Shown here: positions 27,001-37,884 of the stretch, in pieces
Numbering within the stretch: the first letter of the stretch is position 1
Layout: each line of letters begins with the position of its first letter
Assembly: GCF_902713615.1 (NCBI RefSeq)
Contig: NC_052156.1
Span: 127,596,407 to 127,660,406, forward strand
Reading direction: 5' to 3'
Origin: Scyliorhinus canicula
Lineage: Eukaryota
DNA: 64,000 nucleotides
The notes under the pieces: model-generated
Database searches by the model: none
What the model saw: the letters and a program-made list of their open reading frames with translations, nothing else
Told to the model about the DNA's origin: nothing
Position numbers and translations under genes: made by a program

Positions 27001-30000
27001 CATGATTATTTCACCTGAGACCAAGTAGCTAGTTCTGCCATTTTCCAATACATTTTGGAAGAAAATGTTTTTTGAAGTATAGCTTGTTGAGCAATGCAAC
27101 AGACTTTCTGACTTTAAAAGTCTTTGCATCATCCAAGGCTTTGGATGTCTGTAGCAAACCAGATATTGATTAAAAGCATGCTTACAGCTGTCATGAAGAT
27201 TGGTGGTGGGTGTCATAATATACACGCAGGTATGTGATGGTGCACAGACAGGCAGTGATTGACACACAGGATGACCAGTGAACACACAGAACACAGCAGC
27301 CAATCATCAGACAGCACACGACCACTATAAAGCCAGAGGGCACTAGTTTCCCCGCTCTCTTTGGATCCAGCCTCTGAGACAGTCCGCGCCCATGAGCAGC
27401 AACTAGAACATACACCATGTGGTAGTAGGATAGTCTGGTCAGGTTAGCCTCAGATCTCCAGTCAAGTCAGCATAGTGTCAACCCACAGTTAAAGTATGTA
27501 TGATAGTTAAGAGATCAATAAAATCGAGTTGTATTTTTCAAGTGTTGGAAGCCTGTCTCTCTCACTACTGCAGTAAACGCAGACCCAGCTGACCCAACAC
27601 ATCGGGGGGGGGGGGGGGGATTTCAACATTACAGTTTGAGACATTTTCAACATTACAGTTTGAGACATTTTCTAACCCATTGCCATTAACTATTTTTGTT
27701 GCTGTAGTGAACAGAAAATGTTGAGAAAGCTGCAGGTTCTGTGCACATCCAGTTCCTCTGAAGAGGAAATTTCTCCACCTCTAGTTCCATGCTTCCTGGA
27801 TTTCTCTCCTGATAAACCACAGACTGTGTGCCAAGAAAAAGCTGTAGAGCATAGTTCTGAGACTCCAGTCAAGGAGGTATGAATGTACATAGATCAAACA
27901 AAGTTAATATTACAATATTAAAGCTACTGAGGCTTGTTGAAGCATCTGAATGTAATAGTTCCAAACATTTTGCAGTGTCAATTCTTTCCTCTTCTATCAA
28001 ATGTAATTAGAATTTTATATCTTCAATGGGAACTGGGAGCAGCAACAATATTTGACTAGTTTTAACACTTCATTTTCTTTCGGGAAACAGCAAGAGATAA
28101 ACTATTTTCTAAGCACAAATGTTGACTTCAAGACTGGCAATATTGACTTGGGTGAAACATTCTAAAACATTGTAGGATAAAATTTGTATACCTATGTTGC
28201 TACCACAGTGTGTCTTTAACCTGAATGCGGTGGACAAATGACTGCAAGTCTACTTGTTTAAAGCAAACAGTATTTATTCGCACTCGTACAATGTTATAGT
28301 TAAACAGTCATACCATCAGCATAGTTATTCTATAAAGTATTACTACAAGTTCATACGAAACAACTTCAGAGTGATTAGCAAGTACCAGACACGTATTGGC
28401 CTTTATCTAATGTGCTGAATCCTGTAGTCCTCCATGTCTGGTCTGTTTCTGGCTCTGGTCTGTCTTCTGTTGGTAGCATGATGGTCCTCTCGTGTTGGCC
28501 AGTGAAGCTCATTGTTGTTTCATTGCTGCTGTACAGAGATTCCAAGGTTTTAAAAAAAAAAAAAAAAAAAAATTTTATTGGTGTTTTTTACAGAAAATAT
28601 AAAATATAACAACAAACAATGAAATGCAACAAAATAACCCCCCAGACCGTATCAACGCATGTATCATACCCCCCCAACCCCAACAAGAGAACTTTAAAAA
28701 TAAATTAAAATTAAATAAACAAACATAGTCATCGTCTGTCCCCTTTTCCCCTTCCCCCCCCCACCCCCCCCCCCCCCCCCCCCCCCCCCCGGGATGCTGC
28801 TGCTACTGTCCCAGTACCCTATCGTTGAGCCAGGGCGAATTTGACCTTCTCTAGCTTAATAAAACCAGCCATGTCATTGATCCAGGTCTCCACGCTTGGG
28901 GGCCTCGCATCCTTCCATTGTAGCAAAATCCTTCGCCGGGCTACTAGGGACGCAAAGGCCAGAACACCGGCCTCTTTTGCCTCCTGCACTCCCGGCTCCA
29001 CCCCAACCCCAAAAATCGCGAGTCCCCATCCTGGCTTCACCCTTGACACCGTCCTCGCCACCCCCTTCCAGAACTCCTCCAGTGCCGGGCATGCCCATAA
29101 CATATGGGCATGGTTCGCTGGACTCCCCGAGCACCTGACACACCTGTCTTCACCCCCAAAGAACCTACTCATCCTCGCCCCAGTCATGTGGGCCCGGTGC
29201 AGCACCTTGAATTGGATGAGGCTAAGCCGCGCACACGAGGAGGAAGAATTAACCCTCTCCAGGGCATCAGCCCATGTCCCGTCTTCGATCTGTTCCCCCA
29301 GTTCCCCCTCCCACTTAGTTTTCAGCTCCTCTACTGACGCCTCCTCCACCTCCTGCATAACCGTGCAGATATCAGATATCTTCCCCTCTCCGACCCAGAC
29401 CCCCGAAATCACCCTGTCAGTCACCCCCCTCGCGGGAAGCAAAGGGAATCCCTCCACCTGCCGTCTAGCAAATGCCTTTACCTGCAGATACCTGAACATG
29501 TTTCCCGGGGGGAGCCCAAATTTCTCCTCCAACTCCCCCAGGCTTGCAAACCTCCCATCAATAAACAGGTCCCTCAGCTGACTGATGCCCGCTCTGTGCC
29601 AACCCTGAAATCCCCCATCAATTCGCCGGGGCCTTACCTGACTGCATTTGTCCAATCCCCCTGACTAGCTCCTCCAACTCTATCGGCGCCCCCAGCCCCT
29701 CTACCAGCTTCTCTTGAACCCTTGGGAAGCATAGCCTGTTCATGAAGCTCTCCATCCCGCCCTCTCCCCATCGGCGGTTCCGACTGGTACAGTTCCTCGT
29801 AGAAGTCCCTAAAGACCCCATTTACTTCTGTCCCCTTCTGCACTACATTCCCACCCCCATCCGTCACTCCACCAATTTCCCTAGCAGCATCTCGCCTGCG
29901 GAGCTGATGCGCCAACATCCTGCTCGCCTTCTCCCCATACTCGTATACCGCGCCCTGCACCCTCCTCCACTGTGTCTCCGCCTTTCTGGTGGTCAACAAG

Positions 30001-31192
30001 TCAAATTTGGCCTGCAAACTACGCCGTTCCGCCAGCAACCCCTCCTCCGGTGCCTCCGCGTATCTCCTGTCCACATCCAGGAGCTCCCCCACCAGCCTCT
30101 CCCTCTCCTTCCTCTCCCTCCTTTCCCTATGGGCCCGGATGGAGATCAGCTCCCCCCCGGATCACTGCTTTCAGAGCCTCCCAGACCATCCCCACCCGGA
30201 CCTCCCCTGTGTCATTGGTATCAAGATACCCCTCAATACTTCTCCGGACCCTCCTACACACCACCTCATCAGTCAGCATCCCCACATCCAGGCGCAAGAG
30301 CGGCCCTGGTCCCGCGCCTCCCCCATCTCCAGATCAACCCAGTGCGGAGCATGGTCTGAAATCGCTATGGCTGAATACTCTGCATCCTGCACCCTCGAGA
30401 TCAATCCCCTGCTCAGGACGAAAAAATCTATTCGTGAGTAAACCCTATGGACATGAGAGAAAAAGGAATGCTCTCGCGCTCTCTGTCTCCCAAACCTCCA
30501 GGGATCCACCCCTCCCATCTGGTCCATGAATCCCCTCAGTACGTTGGCTGCCGCCGGTCTCCTACCCGTCCTTGAACTGGACCGGTCCAGTGGGGGATCC
30601 AGCACTGTGTTAAAGTCTCTCCCCATGATCAGGCCCCCTGCCTCCAGGTCTGGAATGCGGCTCAACAAGCGCCTCATAAAGCCAGCATCATCCCAATTTG
30701 GGGCATGTACATTAACCAGCACCACCTTCTCTCCCTGCAGCCTACCCTTCACCATAATATATCTGCCCCCCTTGCCCGACACCACCTCAGCCGCCTCGAA
30801 CGCCACCCTCTTCCCCACCAGAATTGCCACCCCCTGGTTCTTCGCGTCCAATCCTGAGTGGAAAAACCTGCCCCACCCACCCCTTCCTCAGACGAACCTG
30901 GTCCGCCACCTTCAAGTGGGTCTCCTGGAGCCTAGCCACGTCCGCCTTCAACCCCTTCAGATGAGAAAATACCCCAGTTCTCTTAACCGGCCCTTTCAGC
31001 CCCCTCACGTTCCAGGTAATCAGCCGGATCAGAGGGCAACCCGCCCCCCTCCCCCGCCGGCTAGCCATAGCTTATCAACTGCTCGCCCCAGGCCAGCTCG
31101 TCCCACCCGATCCGTTCCCCTCTACCCCCCCCCCCCCCCCCCCCCCGGCCCACACCAGCTCCTTCCTGATCATTCCAGCAGCAACCCGGTAT

Positions 31193-31223
<31 letters not shown>

Positions 31224-34200
31224 CCCCAGGCTAGGACCCCTCCTAGCCGCGACGCACCCTCCATGGTACTTCCGTGAGTCAGCTGACTTCTGCTGACCCC
31301 GGCAGCTCCCGCCAAAACCCATCCCCTCCCGGCATGGGGTCATCCCCCTCTTGCCACAACTCCTTGGCACCGCTTCAGCGCAGGAAAGAAAACCAGTAGA
31401 GGCCACGCCCCCACCGCCAGCTCCACCCCCCCCACCGCCAGCTCCACCCCCCCCGCCCCGCGGCACGGGAAACCAGAGGAAAGCCTGTGCCTTCACACTG
31501 CCACACCCCACCCTTCTGACGCAGCTCCCCAAAATCCAGTTTCACCCCAGCCCCGTACAGAAGAGAACATATAAAATACAAACCCCCAACGTTCCCCACA
31601 TACCCCACACCCATATCCAACAGACAGACCCACCCGGAAACAGAGCAATAAGAAAACCAGCATAAAAAACACACATGTCAAAGTTAAAGAACAGCAACAG
31701 CGAAAACAGCAACGGCCATAGTGTGTCCCCAGGCCCTAGTTCAAGTCCAGCTCCTTCGCCTGTACAAAGGCCCACGCCTTCTCCGGGGACTCGAAGTAGT
31801 GGTGCCGGTCCTTGTATGTCACCCACAGGGCGCAGGCTGCAGCATTCCAAATCTGACCTACTTGGCATGCAGCACCGTCTTCGTCCGGTTGAACCCGGCC
31901 CGCCGCTTAGCCACCTCCGCACTTGGCCCAGCGCAGCACACACTCCCGGTCACTGAATCGATGGAACCGCACCAGCACCGCCCTCGGGGGCTCATTTGCC
32001 TTAGGCCTCCTGGCCAGCACTCTGTGAGCTCCCTCAAGCTCCAGGGGCAAATGGAAGGACCCCGCCCCCATCAACGAGTTCAACATCGTGGTCACATACG
32101 CCGGGAGATCCGGCCCCTCCGCCAGGCCCAGGATCCTCAAATTCTTTCACCTCGTGCGAACGTCCAGCTCCTCCAAGCGGTCTTGCCACTTTTTGTGAAG
32201 TGCCTCGCGCAACTCCACTTTCCCCGCGAGGACCATGGCCTCCTCCTCCCTCTCAGCGGCCTGCTGCTGCAACTCCCGAATGGACGCCTCCTGGGCCGCC
32301 TGGGTCCCAAGCAGCTTGTTGGTAGTCGCATTCAGGGAGTCCAGCAGTTCAGCCTTCAGCTCCGTAAAACAGTGCAGAAGAGGCCTGCTGCTCCTGCGCC
32401 CACTTCCACCAGTCCTCGGGTGTTCAGCCGGCCGCCATTTTGTCCTTCTTCCCCTGCTTCTCTTGGGGAGCTGCTGCAGCTTTTTCCTTTGCCCCACTCC
32501 GGGTGAGCACCATAAATTATGGGGAATGCTCCTCTAGACACCTTCCCCCACTGGGATTCGTCGAAACAGCGCCGTTTGGGGCCCTCAAATCGGCCCAAAA
32601 GTCCTTGAGTAGCGGGAGCTGCCAAACGTGCGGCTTAGCTCCGCATAGCCGCAACCGGAAGTCCCAGAGATTCCAAGGTTAACCTGCTTGGATTTTGTGC
32701 CCTTTTGGGCAATCTCTGGGTCATTGCCAATCAACTGATCAGGATTCGATCACCCTGATCAATCCAGTCCAATCAGGGGCTGCCTTGTCGATTTCGGGGT
32801 GGGCACCCAGTGGCCATGCCTGCAAGTGCTGGGGGCAGGTAGGCCCTTCTAAATAAGGAATTTGGGTGCCACTGTGTCTGGTAAGTGTGATTGACAGAAT
32901 AGTTCCATTGTTTCTGGGATGCCAGGAGGCCATCCTGGAGATGGCTTTTTTCCCTCTGTATTGTAATGTCTAGGCTGCAGCTTGCTCATCAATGTTTATT
33001 TAAACTGCAGTCTGCTTGTCCTTAAACTTGGCCAATTCTCCCAGCATCCCATGCAGGAAGCCATCTTGGATGGCCACACCTAATCAAGGACATTAGGTTT
33101 AATTTAGTTATTTTGGATGTGGACTACCTTGTATCACATTAGTTTACATAGCTGTCTGTTCTTTGTTCATTTTCTGTTCTGCCCAACTAGTCCTTCCTGG
33201 TCTATATGTCAGATATACTTGAGTTGTTTCCAGAGCCACTTCAGAGGGCAGTCAACCACATGTGTGGGGATCTCGGAGCCTAGATTGGTAGAGTTCCTTC
33301 CCTAAAGGATATCAATGAGCCAGTTGGTGTGTATGGCAAGCCAACACTTCATTGTATTTTTTTACTAATGCTACCTTTTTTATTTTCACTTCTGTTAGGT
33401 TATTGCTCCAGGCCTCTGATTACTAGTCTAGTATGCCCATTGCACAACTGATTCATGTATTCCCTTGTTTGAATTTACTTTGCTTGAAAATGACCTAACA
33501 AGTGTATGACTTTGCTTCTGCCACCACTGAATAAATTAACTATAAACAAGTCTTTGGGAAGAGTGTTCATGTTCTTCAATTATCAAGCTCAAAGATCTGT
33601 ACTTATTTTCTAATTTCTTGTGTATCCCCCCCGCTCCACACCATTCCCATTAAGTAGCAGTACATCAACTCTAATGTTTTACGGTTTTAAAATTGACTTA
33701 ATTTTGTATTTTCCATTTTGATTAACTATTTAAAAATATTGGCAGCTACCTCTCTTTTGCTATAATGGTTTTATAGAATTTCATAGCATTTATAGTGCAG
33801 ATGTAGGCTATTCGGCCCATCGAGTCTACACTGGCTCTTGGAAAGAGCACCTGACCCAAGCCCACACCTCCACCCTATCCCCATAAACCAGTAACCCCAT
33901 CCAACACTAAGGGCAATTTTGGACACTAAAGGGCAATTTAGCATAGCCAATCCACCCAACCTGCTCATCTTTGGACTGTGGGAGGAAACCGGAGCATCCG
34001 GAGGAAACCCACACACACACTGGGAGAAAGTGCAAACTCTGCACAGACAGTGACCCAAACTGGGAATCGAACCTGAGACCCTGGAGCTGTGAAGCAATTG
34101 TGCTAACCACTATGCTACTGTGCTGCCCCAATCTTGATCTTTAGTTATTTACTGCGTTTTTTTAATGGAACAAATTGTGACTTGTTTCTGAATAATTTTC

Positions 34201-37200
34201 CACCTATTGAATAAAACCAATATTCATTGTTTGTTTTTTAAACCCATGTTAACTTTTCTTTCTGCCTTAGAATCTCTTCATTGAAGTTAGTACAAAAATT
34301 AAACAAACTGAAGACCGCCCACTTATTGATCTCTCAAATACCCCTGATCTAAAGAGAGTTGCATCAATGAAGGCCCCTGAATCGGTAAGTTATTTTCAGA
34401 TTGGTTAGCTCATTTCAGCAAGCCTGAAAAATTGCAAATTCCAGGGATATCTGAACTATGGTTCTAAAGCCCAGGACCCTGGAGCTGAGGCAGCAGTGCT
34501 AACCACTTGGTTTCATGGACTAGAAACTTGAATTATTTTGATGGTAAATTCTAAATTAACACAAGATCTGGGGCGCGATTCTCCCAACGGGAGACTAGTG
34601 CCGACGCTGGAGTGAAAACCGGAGTGTTTCACTCCGGCGTCGGAGGCCGCTCCTCGCCCCCTATTCTCCCACCCCCAGGGGGCTAGGAGTGGCGCCGCAT
34701 AACTGACACGGCTGACGGCGCTTAAATGACGTCACCCGCGCATGCGCAGGTTGGCCGGTGCCAACCCGTGCATGCACGGTTGCCGTCCTCCCCGCGGGCG
34801 CCCCGCAAGACATGGAGAATTGATCTTGCCGGGCAGCGGAGGAAAAAGAGTGCGTTCTTTAGAGACGCTGGCCTGCCGATCGGTGGGCACCGATCCTGGA
34901 GCGTGATGGTCACACCCTTTGTGTCAGGGCAAATTTATAAGTTGGTTAAGAAAGTAATTGGAATGCCTGGCTTTTGTACAGCAAGCCAGATCCCAGAGGG
35001 AAACCTGTTTACTGGTTTATTCTGAAGATGAGGAGGAAAAGTTATTGAGCCCAAAACTATAGAACTCCAGTAACACCTTTTAGGATTTAAAAAAAATTGT
35101 TTTTTTAATAATTTCTGATGTACTTCACCCTAATGCCTTAAAAGAAGTGGCTAATGAGATAGTTGATGGATTCGTTTTCCAAAATTCTCTTGGATTCATG
35201 AAAGGCTCCATTAGACTGAAAGGTAGCAAATGTAAAACTCATTTATTCAAAAGACAGAGTTGAAGGGAAATCATGTTTAATTAATTTATAAGTTCTTTGA
35301 AGGAGATATGTGCTGTGGATAAAGGGGAACTGGTGGATTTCCAGAAGGCATTTGAAAAGGTGCCACATCAAAGGTTATTGTGGAAAATAAAAGCTCTTGT
35401 GTAGGGGGTAACTGATTGGCTAGCTAACAGGAAGCATGAGGTTGGCATTTTTCTGGTTGGCAGGATGTGACTTGTCGGGTGCCACAGGGATGTTTCTGGG
35501 GCCTTAAACTTTTTACAATTTTATATAAATTACTTGGATGAAAGGACTGAAGGTATGCGCGATAAATGTGCTGATGTCACAGATATAGGTAGAAAACTAA
35601 ATGGTGAAGAGGGTGTAAGGAGGCTACAAAGGAACACTAGTTAAGTGAGTGGGCAAAACTTCTGGCAAATGGACTACAATGTGGGCAAATGTGAAATTGT
35701 ACATTTTGGCAAGATCTAAATGGTGAGCGATTGCAGAGTTATCTGGATGTCCTAGTGCCTGAAAGTTAGTATATAGGTACAGCAAGTAATTACGAAAGCT
35801 AATAGAATGTTATCATTTATTGTAAGGGGGATAAGTAGGGAAGTCGTGCTTCAGTTGTACAGGGCATTGGTGAGACCACGTCTGGTGTATTGCATATAGT
35901 ACTTGTCTCCTTATTTAAGGAAAGATGTAAATGTGTTAGAAGGTTTGCTAGACTAATAACCAGGAATGGATGAGTTGTCATATGAGGAAAGATTAAGAGG
36001 TTGGGTTTATGTCCACTAGAGTTCGAGACGACTCGCTCGAAACATACAGCATCCTGAGGGGTATTGACAGGGCGGGTAATGAGAGGCTGTTTCTTCTTGT
36101 TGGAGAATCTAGAACTAGGGGAACGAGTTGCTCATTTTAAAATAGGTGAGAATTTTGATGGTTGTGTCTCTGGAACACTTTCTCAAAAGACAGCAGGAGC
36201 AGAATATTTTTGAGCTAGATAGGTTTTTGAGTAATAAGTGGGTGAAAGGTTACTGGGGTTAGGCAGTAACGCAAGGTTGAAGCTACAATCTGATCAGGCC
36301 ACAATCTTTTTTTTTTCTTTTAATAAATTTAGAGTACCCAATTATTTTCCAATTAAGGGATAATTTAGCTTGGCCAGTTTACCTACCCTGCACATGGTTG
36401 TGGGGGTGAAACCCATGCAGACACGGGGAGAATGTGCAAACTCCACACGGACAGTGACCCAGAGCCGGGATCGAACCCAGGTCCTCAGTGCCGTGAGGCA
36501 GCGGTGCTAACCATTGTGCCACCCTCAGGCCACAATCTTATTGAATGGAAGAGCAAGGTCAAGGGGCTGAGAGGCTACTCCTCTTAATTCATATGTCAGC
36601 AAAATTTAAGCACAAGATTAAAGTTACACAGTCAAAACATTCTTGTGGAGCAACCCCTTTTATAAAAAAACAACCCACTTGGTGAAAAACACAAGTAAAC
36701 TACTTCTTGGCAATGGTTCCTGTATAAATTTTGACTATAAAAATATAATATTATCCAAAGCAGAATTAATGTTACTTTCATAAAGGTGTACCACATGATG
36801 GCACGTCTGCTCAGATATGGAAAACCAAAGGTTTGGAAAACAGACTGCTTTCTGAAAACAAAGACTTCTGCCTTGAAACTGGATGACTACTTCAAATTTT
36901 AAAACTTTCACACCTCATCACACTGATCTAGTCTTCAGGGCATTCCCCCAACTCAGCTAAACACCCTTAAGAATCTTTTTCTCCCCTTTCATCTGATTCC
37001 GTTGTCTTAAAACATATCTTTGAACTCAACTTCTCCAAATGTAAAAATATTTTTTCCTAAATTGTCTCCAAAACGTAATATACCTTCCTCTCTTTACCTA
37101 TGAAAAGTTGTAATGTTTCCTCATCACTCTGAAGTTCAATTGCAGAAAAGTCAAGTTCATGTGCAAAGTTTGATCCAACCTATTTTATTTCTTTATTTAT

Positions 37201-37835
37201 AACTCAAACATGCCATAAAATCTTTAACTTTTTTTGTCCCCAGTCTCAGACAAGCTGTCTCAATTAACCTTCCCCTGTTTATTTAATCATGGACATCCAC
37301 ACTCTGAATTCTTTACCTATGCAGAATATCAATATAATCCCAGAATTGTTTTAAAAACATCAATATGGTGACCTCTAGCAATGTCCAAGATTTGAAGGGC
37401 TTTGACAAAGCAAGTAGGGAGAAACTATTTCCTCTGGCATAGGTCAACAACAGACCTCGTGGGTTTATAATAATTGGCAGAAGGGGAAATGAGAAACGTT
37501 CACGTTATAGGGCTAAGATATAGAATGCGCTCGCTGGGAGTGATGGAATTGAGATTCTTCAGGAATGTTCAGATGGACATGTACTTGAAGGCAATTTGTT
37601 GGATTGAGGAACTAACTTGACACCTTTCAAAGATCTGCCACAGGTGTGCCAAGATGAGCAGCTTCCTTCTGTGTCATAAAATTATATTCTTACTGTTCAC
37701 TTCCAGATTTTCAACTTTTTCTAAAAATAAAATAAAATTCTATTTCAGCTTATAGATTTCAGCTCTCCGCTGATTAAGTTGAGCCCTGCAAATAAGGAAA
37801 ATGTGGATGTGGACTCTCCTTTACTGAAGTTTTAG
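6051..37835 (+). CDS. GTSE1: G2 and S phase-expressed protein 1 (multi-exon, about 660 aa)
   Basis: Phase-consistent exons: 6051-6072, 11268-11325, 11918-12530, 14532-14630, 17157-17301, 19945-20295, 23542-23614, 26470-26721, 27708-27876, 34271-34384, 37749-37835 (1983 nt). N-terminus DFNLLSEENSDFD...DDEVFLGPVRHVEKCIA...WSPL...EANLLA...RRETF, SxIP-type motifs SALP/SGIP, and C-terminus LIDFSSPLIKLSPANKENVDVDSPLLKF* match GTSE1. TRMU downstream matches known synteny. Confidence 0.93.
6630..6900 (+). mobile_element. HE1-type V-SINE
   Basis: Same core as 5297-5610. Confidence 0.8.
7272..7552 (-). mobile_element. V-SINE with alternative (CAGTAACTTCATTG...GTGACA ATT-repeat) tail
   Basis: Same family as 57745-58052 and 61930-62210. 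Confidence 0.75.
8345..8830 (-). mobile_element. L2/CR1-type LINE 3' fragment
   Basis: Homologous to 62555-63180. Confidence 0.7.
8840..9870 (+). mobile_element. Highly decayed CR1 LINE (RT to 3' end)
   Basis: Recognisable CR1 RT C-terminal segments similar to 59700-60800. Confidence 0.65.
9985..10268 (-). mobile_element. HE1-type V-SINE
   Basis: Reverse-complement V core. Confidence 0.8.
10325..10485 (-). mobile_element. Short tRNA-derived SINE
   Basis: Same family as 25767-25960 and 51441-51630. Confidence 0.75.
11268..11325 (+). CDS. GTSE1: GTSE1 exon 3
   Basis: ttttcag|ATTTC...GCAAG|gtaaac encodes (D)FNLLSEENSDFDILLSPA(S), homologous to the DILLLADEKFDFD motif. Confidence 0.9.
11918..12530 (+). 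CDS. GTSE1: GTSE1 exon 4 (GTSE1 N-terminal domain)
   Basis: ttcctag|T GGA AAA...GAA AAG|gtaagc; overlaps ORF 11967..12572. Confidence 0.95.
14532..14630 (+). CDS. GTSE1: GTSE1 exon 5 (short form; alternative donor after 14697)
   Basis: cattcag|CCC AAA...TCC GAT|gtaagt encodes PKPGTGLTPSRKKHLNNTSSSDDQSDAAGIISD; phase 0 to phase 0. Confidence 0.75.
17157..17301 (+). CDS. GTSE1: GTSE1 exon 6 (GC donor)
   Basis: ttgcag|GTA ATC CAA...AGC AGA G|gcaagt; Ser-rich; phase 1 matches the next exon. Confidence 0.8.
18230..19220 (-). mobile_element. 5'-truncated L1 inserted in a CR1 3' end
   Basis: ORFs 18471..18842 and 18969..19220 (HTFWSCPKL, RYMQVRDF); near-TSD TATCCC(C/T)GATAACC on both sides; CR1 sequence continues at 19245-19880. 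Confidence 0.85.
19945..20295 (+). CDS. GTSE1: GTSE1 exon 7
   Basis: ttttccag|CG GTG TCT...AGT G|gtaagt; overlaps ORF 19947..20330. Confidence 0.85.
20425..23100 (-). mobile_element. Penelope-like element (GIY-YIG) split by a CR1 (21130-22830) that contains a SINE (22490-22700)
   Basis: NLVYCIRCSQ at the right end and YNGETKCRLGD..AEH...VACHFN at the left end; CR1 RT motifs QHGF, KAFDKVPH, GVPQGSVLGP and KFADD in between. Confidence 0.85.
23542..23614 (+). CDS. GTSE1: GTSE1 exon 8
   Basis: catttaag|CA CCT TCA...GAG AG|gtaatg, 73 nt, (A)PSPRTTRPKVTEPKKLLSCSAIE(S); supplies the required phase 1 to phase 2 bridge. Confidence 0.8.
24500..25080. mobile_element. Two CR1 3' fragments in opposite orientation
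   Basis: DRVDRELFSLVEGPRTRG on -, CR1 tail on + at 24890-25080. Confidence 0.6.
25767..25960 (+). mobile_element. Short tRNA-derived SINE with (CATTT)n tail
   Basis: GGGGCTGGTTTAGCTC...GGTTCAATTCCC...; near-identical to 51441-51630. Confidence 0.85.
26470..26721 (+). CDS. GTSE1: GTSE1 exon 9 (EB1-binding SxIP region)
   Basis: catcag|T GGT...GCA AG|gtgagg; RRLSALPTPLSRRRSGIPTFTPR. Confidence 0.92.
27211..27604 (+). mobile_element. Solo LTR
   Basis: TGTCAT start, CCAAT 27300, TATAAA 27326, AATAAA 27517, ends ACATC(G) within G-rich flanks. Confidence 0.65.
27708..27876 (+). CDS. GTSE1: GTSE1 exon 10
   Basis: gctgtag|T GAA CAG...AAG GAG|gtatga; SSEEEISPPLVPCFLDFSPDK. Confidence 0.88.
28195..33078 (-). 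mobile_element. Solo LTR of about 750 bp (28195-28549 plus 32681-33078) interrupted by an L1
   Basis: TGT...ACA termini with 4-bp TSD CCTA at 28191-28194 and 33079-33082. Confidence 0.7.
28550..32664 (-). mobile_element. L1-clade LINE with both ends intact but the RT domain deleted
   Basis: 16-bp TSD CAGAGATTCCAAGGTT at 28534-28549 and 32665-32680; ORF1 RRM/CTD remnants, APE endonuclease (ITWNVRGL, SRIDFF, SDHAP), C-terminal HMLWACP. Confidence 0.92.
33770..34130 (-). mobile_element. HE1-type V-SINE, full length
   Basis: tRNA head, V core and CR1-like tail. Confidence 0.88.
34271..34384 (+). CDS. GTSE1: GTSE1 exon 11
   Basis: ccttag|AAT CTC...GAA TCG|gtaagt; contains RPLIDLSNTPD. Confidence 0.9.
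34570..34900. mobile_element. GC-rich non-autonomous element (MITE-like) fragment
   Basis: Starts GGGCGCGATTCTCCC, internal 17-bp-stem hairpin at 34601-34643; a related start at about 42579. Confidence 0.5.
35100..36592 (+). mobile_element. Decayed CR1 LINE with a SINE inserted at 36309-36524
   Basis: FQKAFEKVPH and GVPQG-like remnants, CR1 tail; SINE flanked by the 15-bp TSD TCAGGCCACAATCTT. Confidence 0.75.
37749..37835 (+). CDS. GTSE1: GTSE1 last coding exon
   Basis: tatttcag|CTT ATA GAT TTC...AAG TTT TAG; LIDF motif, KEN box, SPLLKF*. Confidence 0.95.
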   Translation, partial: LIDFSSPLIKLSPANKENVDVDSPLLKF

Positions 37836-37884
37836 AAAAGGTCTTGTCATGGCCTACAGTTAATATACATGCTATTGTTGTATT

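Noticed and set aside
28841-32537. Long plus-strand ORFs over the L1s (also 43392..44405)
   Set aside because: These are antisense shadows of GC-rich L1 ORFs with no recognisable domains.
36595-37380. Possible decayed LTR (also 38655-39240)
   Set aside because: No termini or TSD could be defined by eye.
6051-37835. GTSE1 as a pseudogene
   Set aside because: All other exons are open with intact splice sites and motifs, and the exon 5 lesion can be bypassed in frame.
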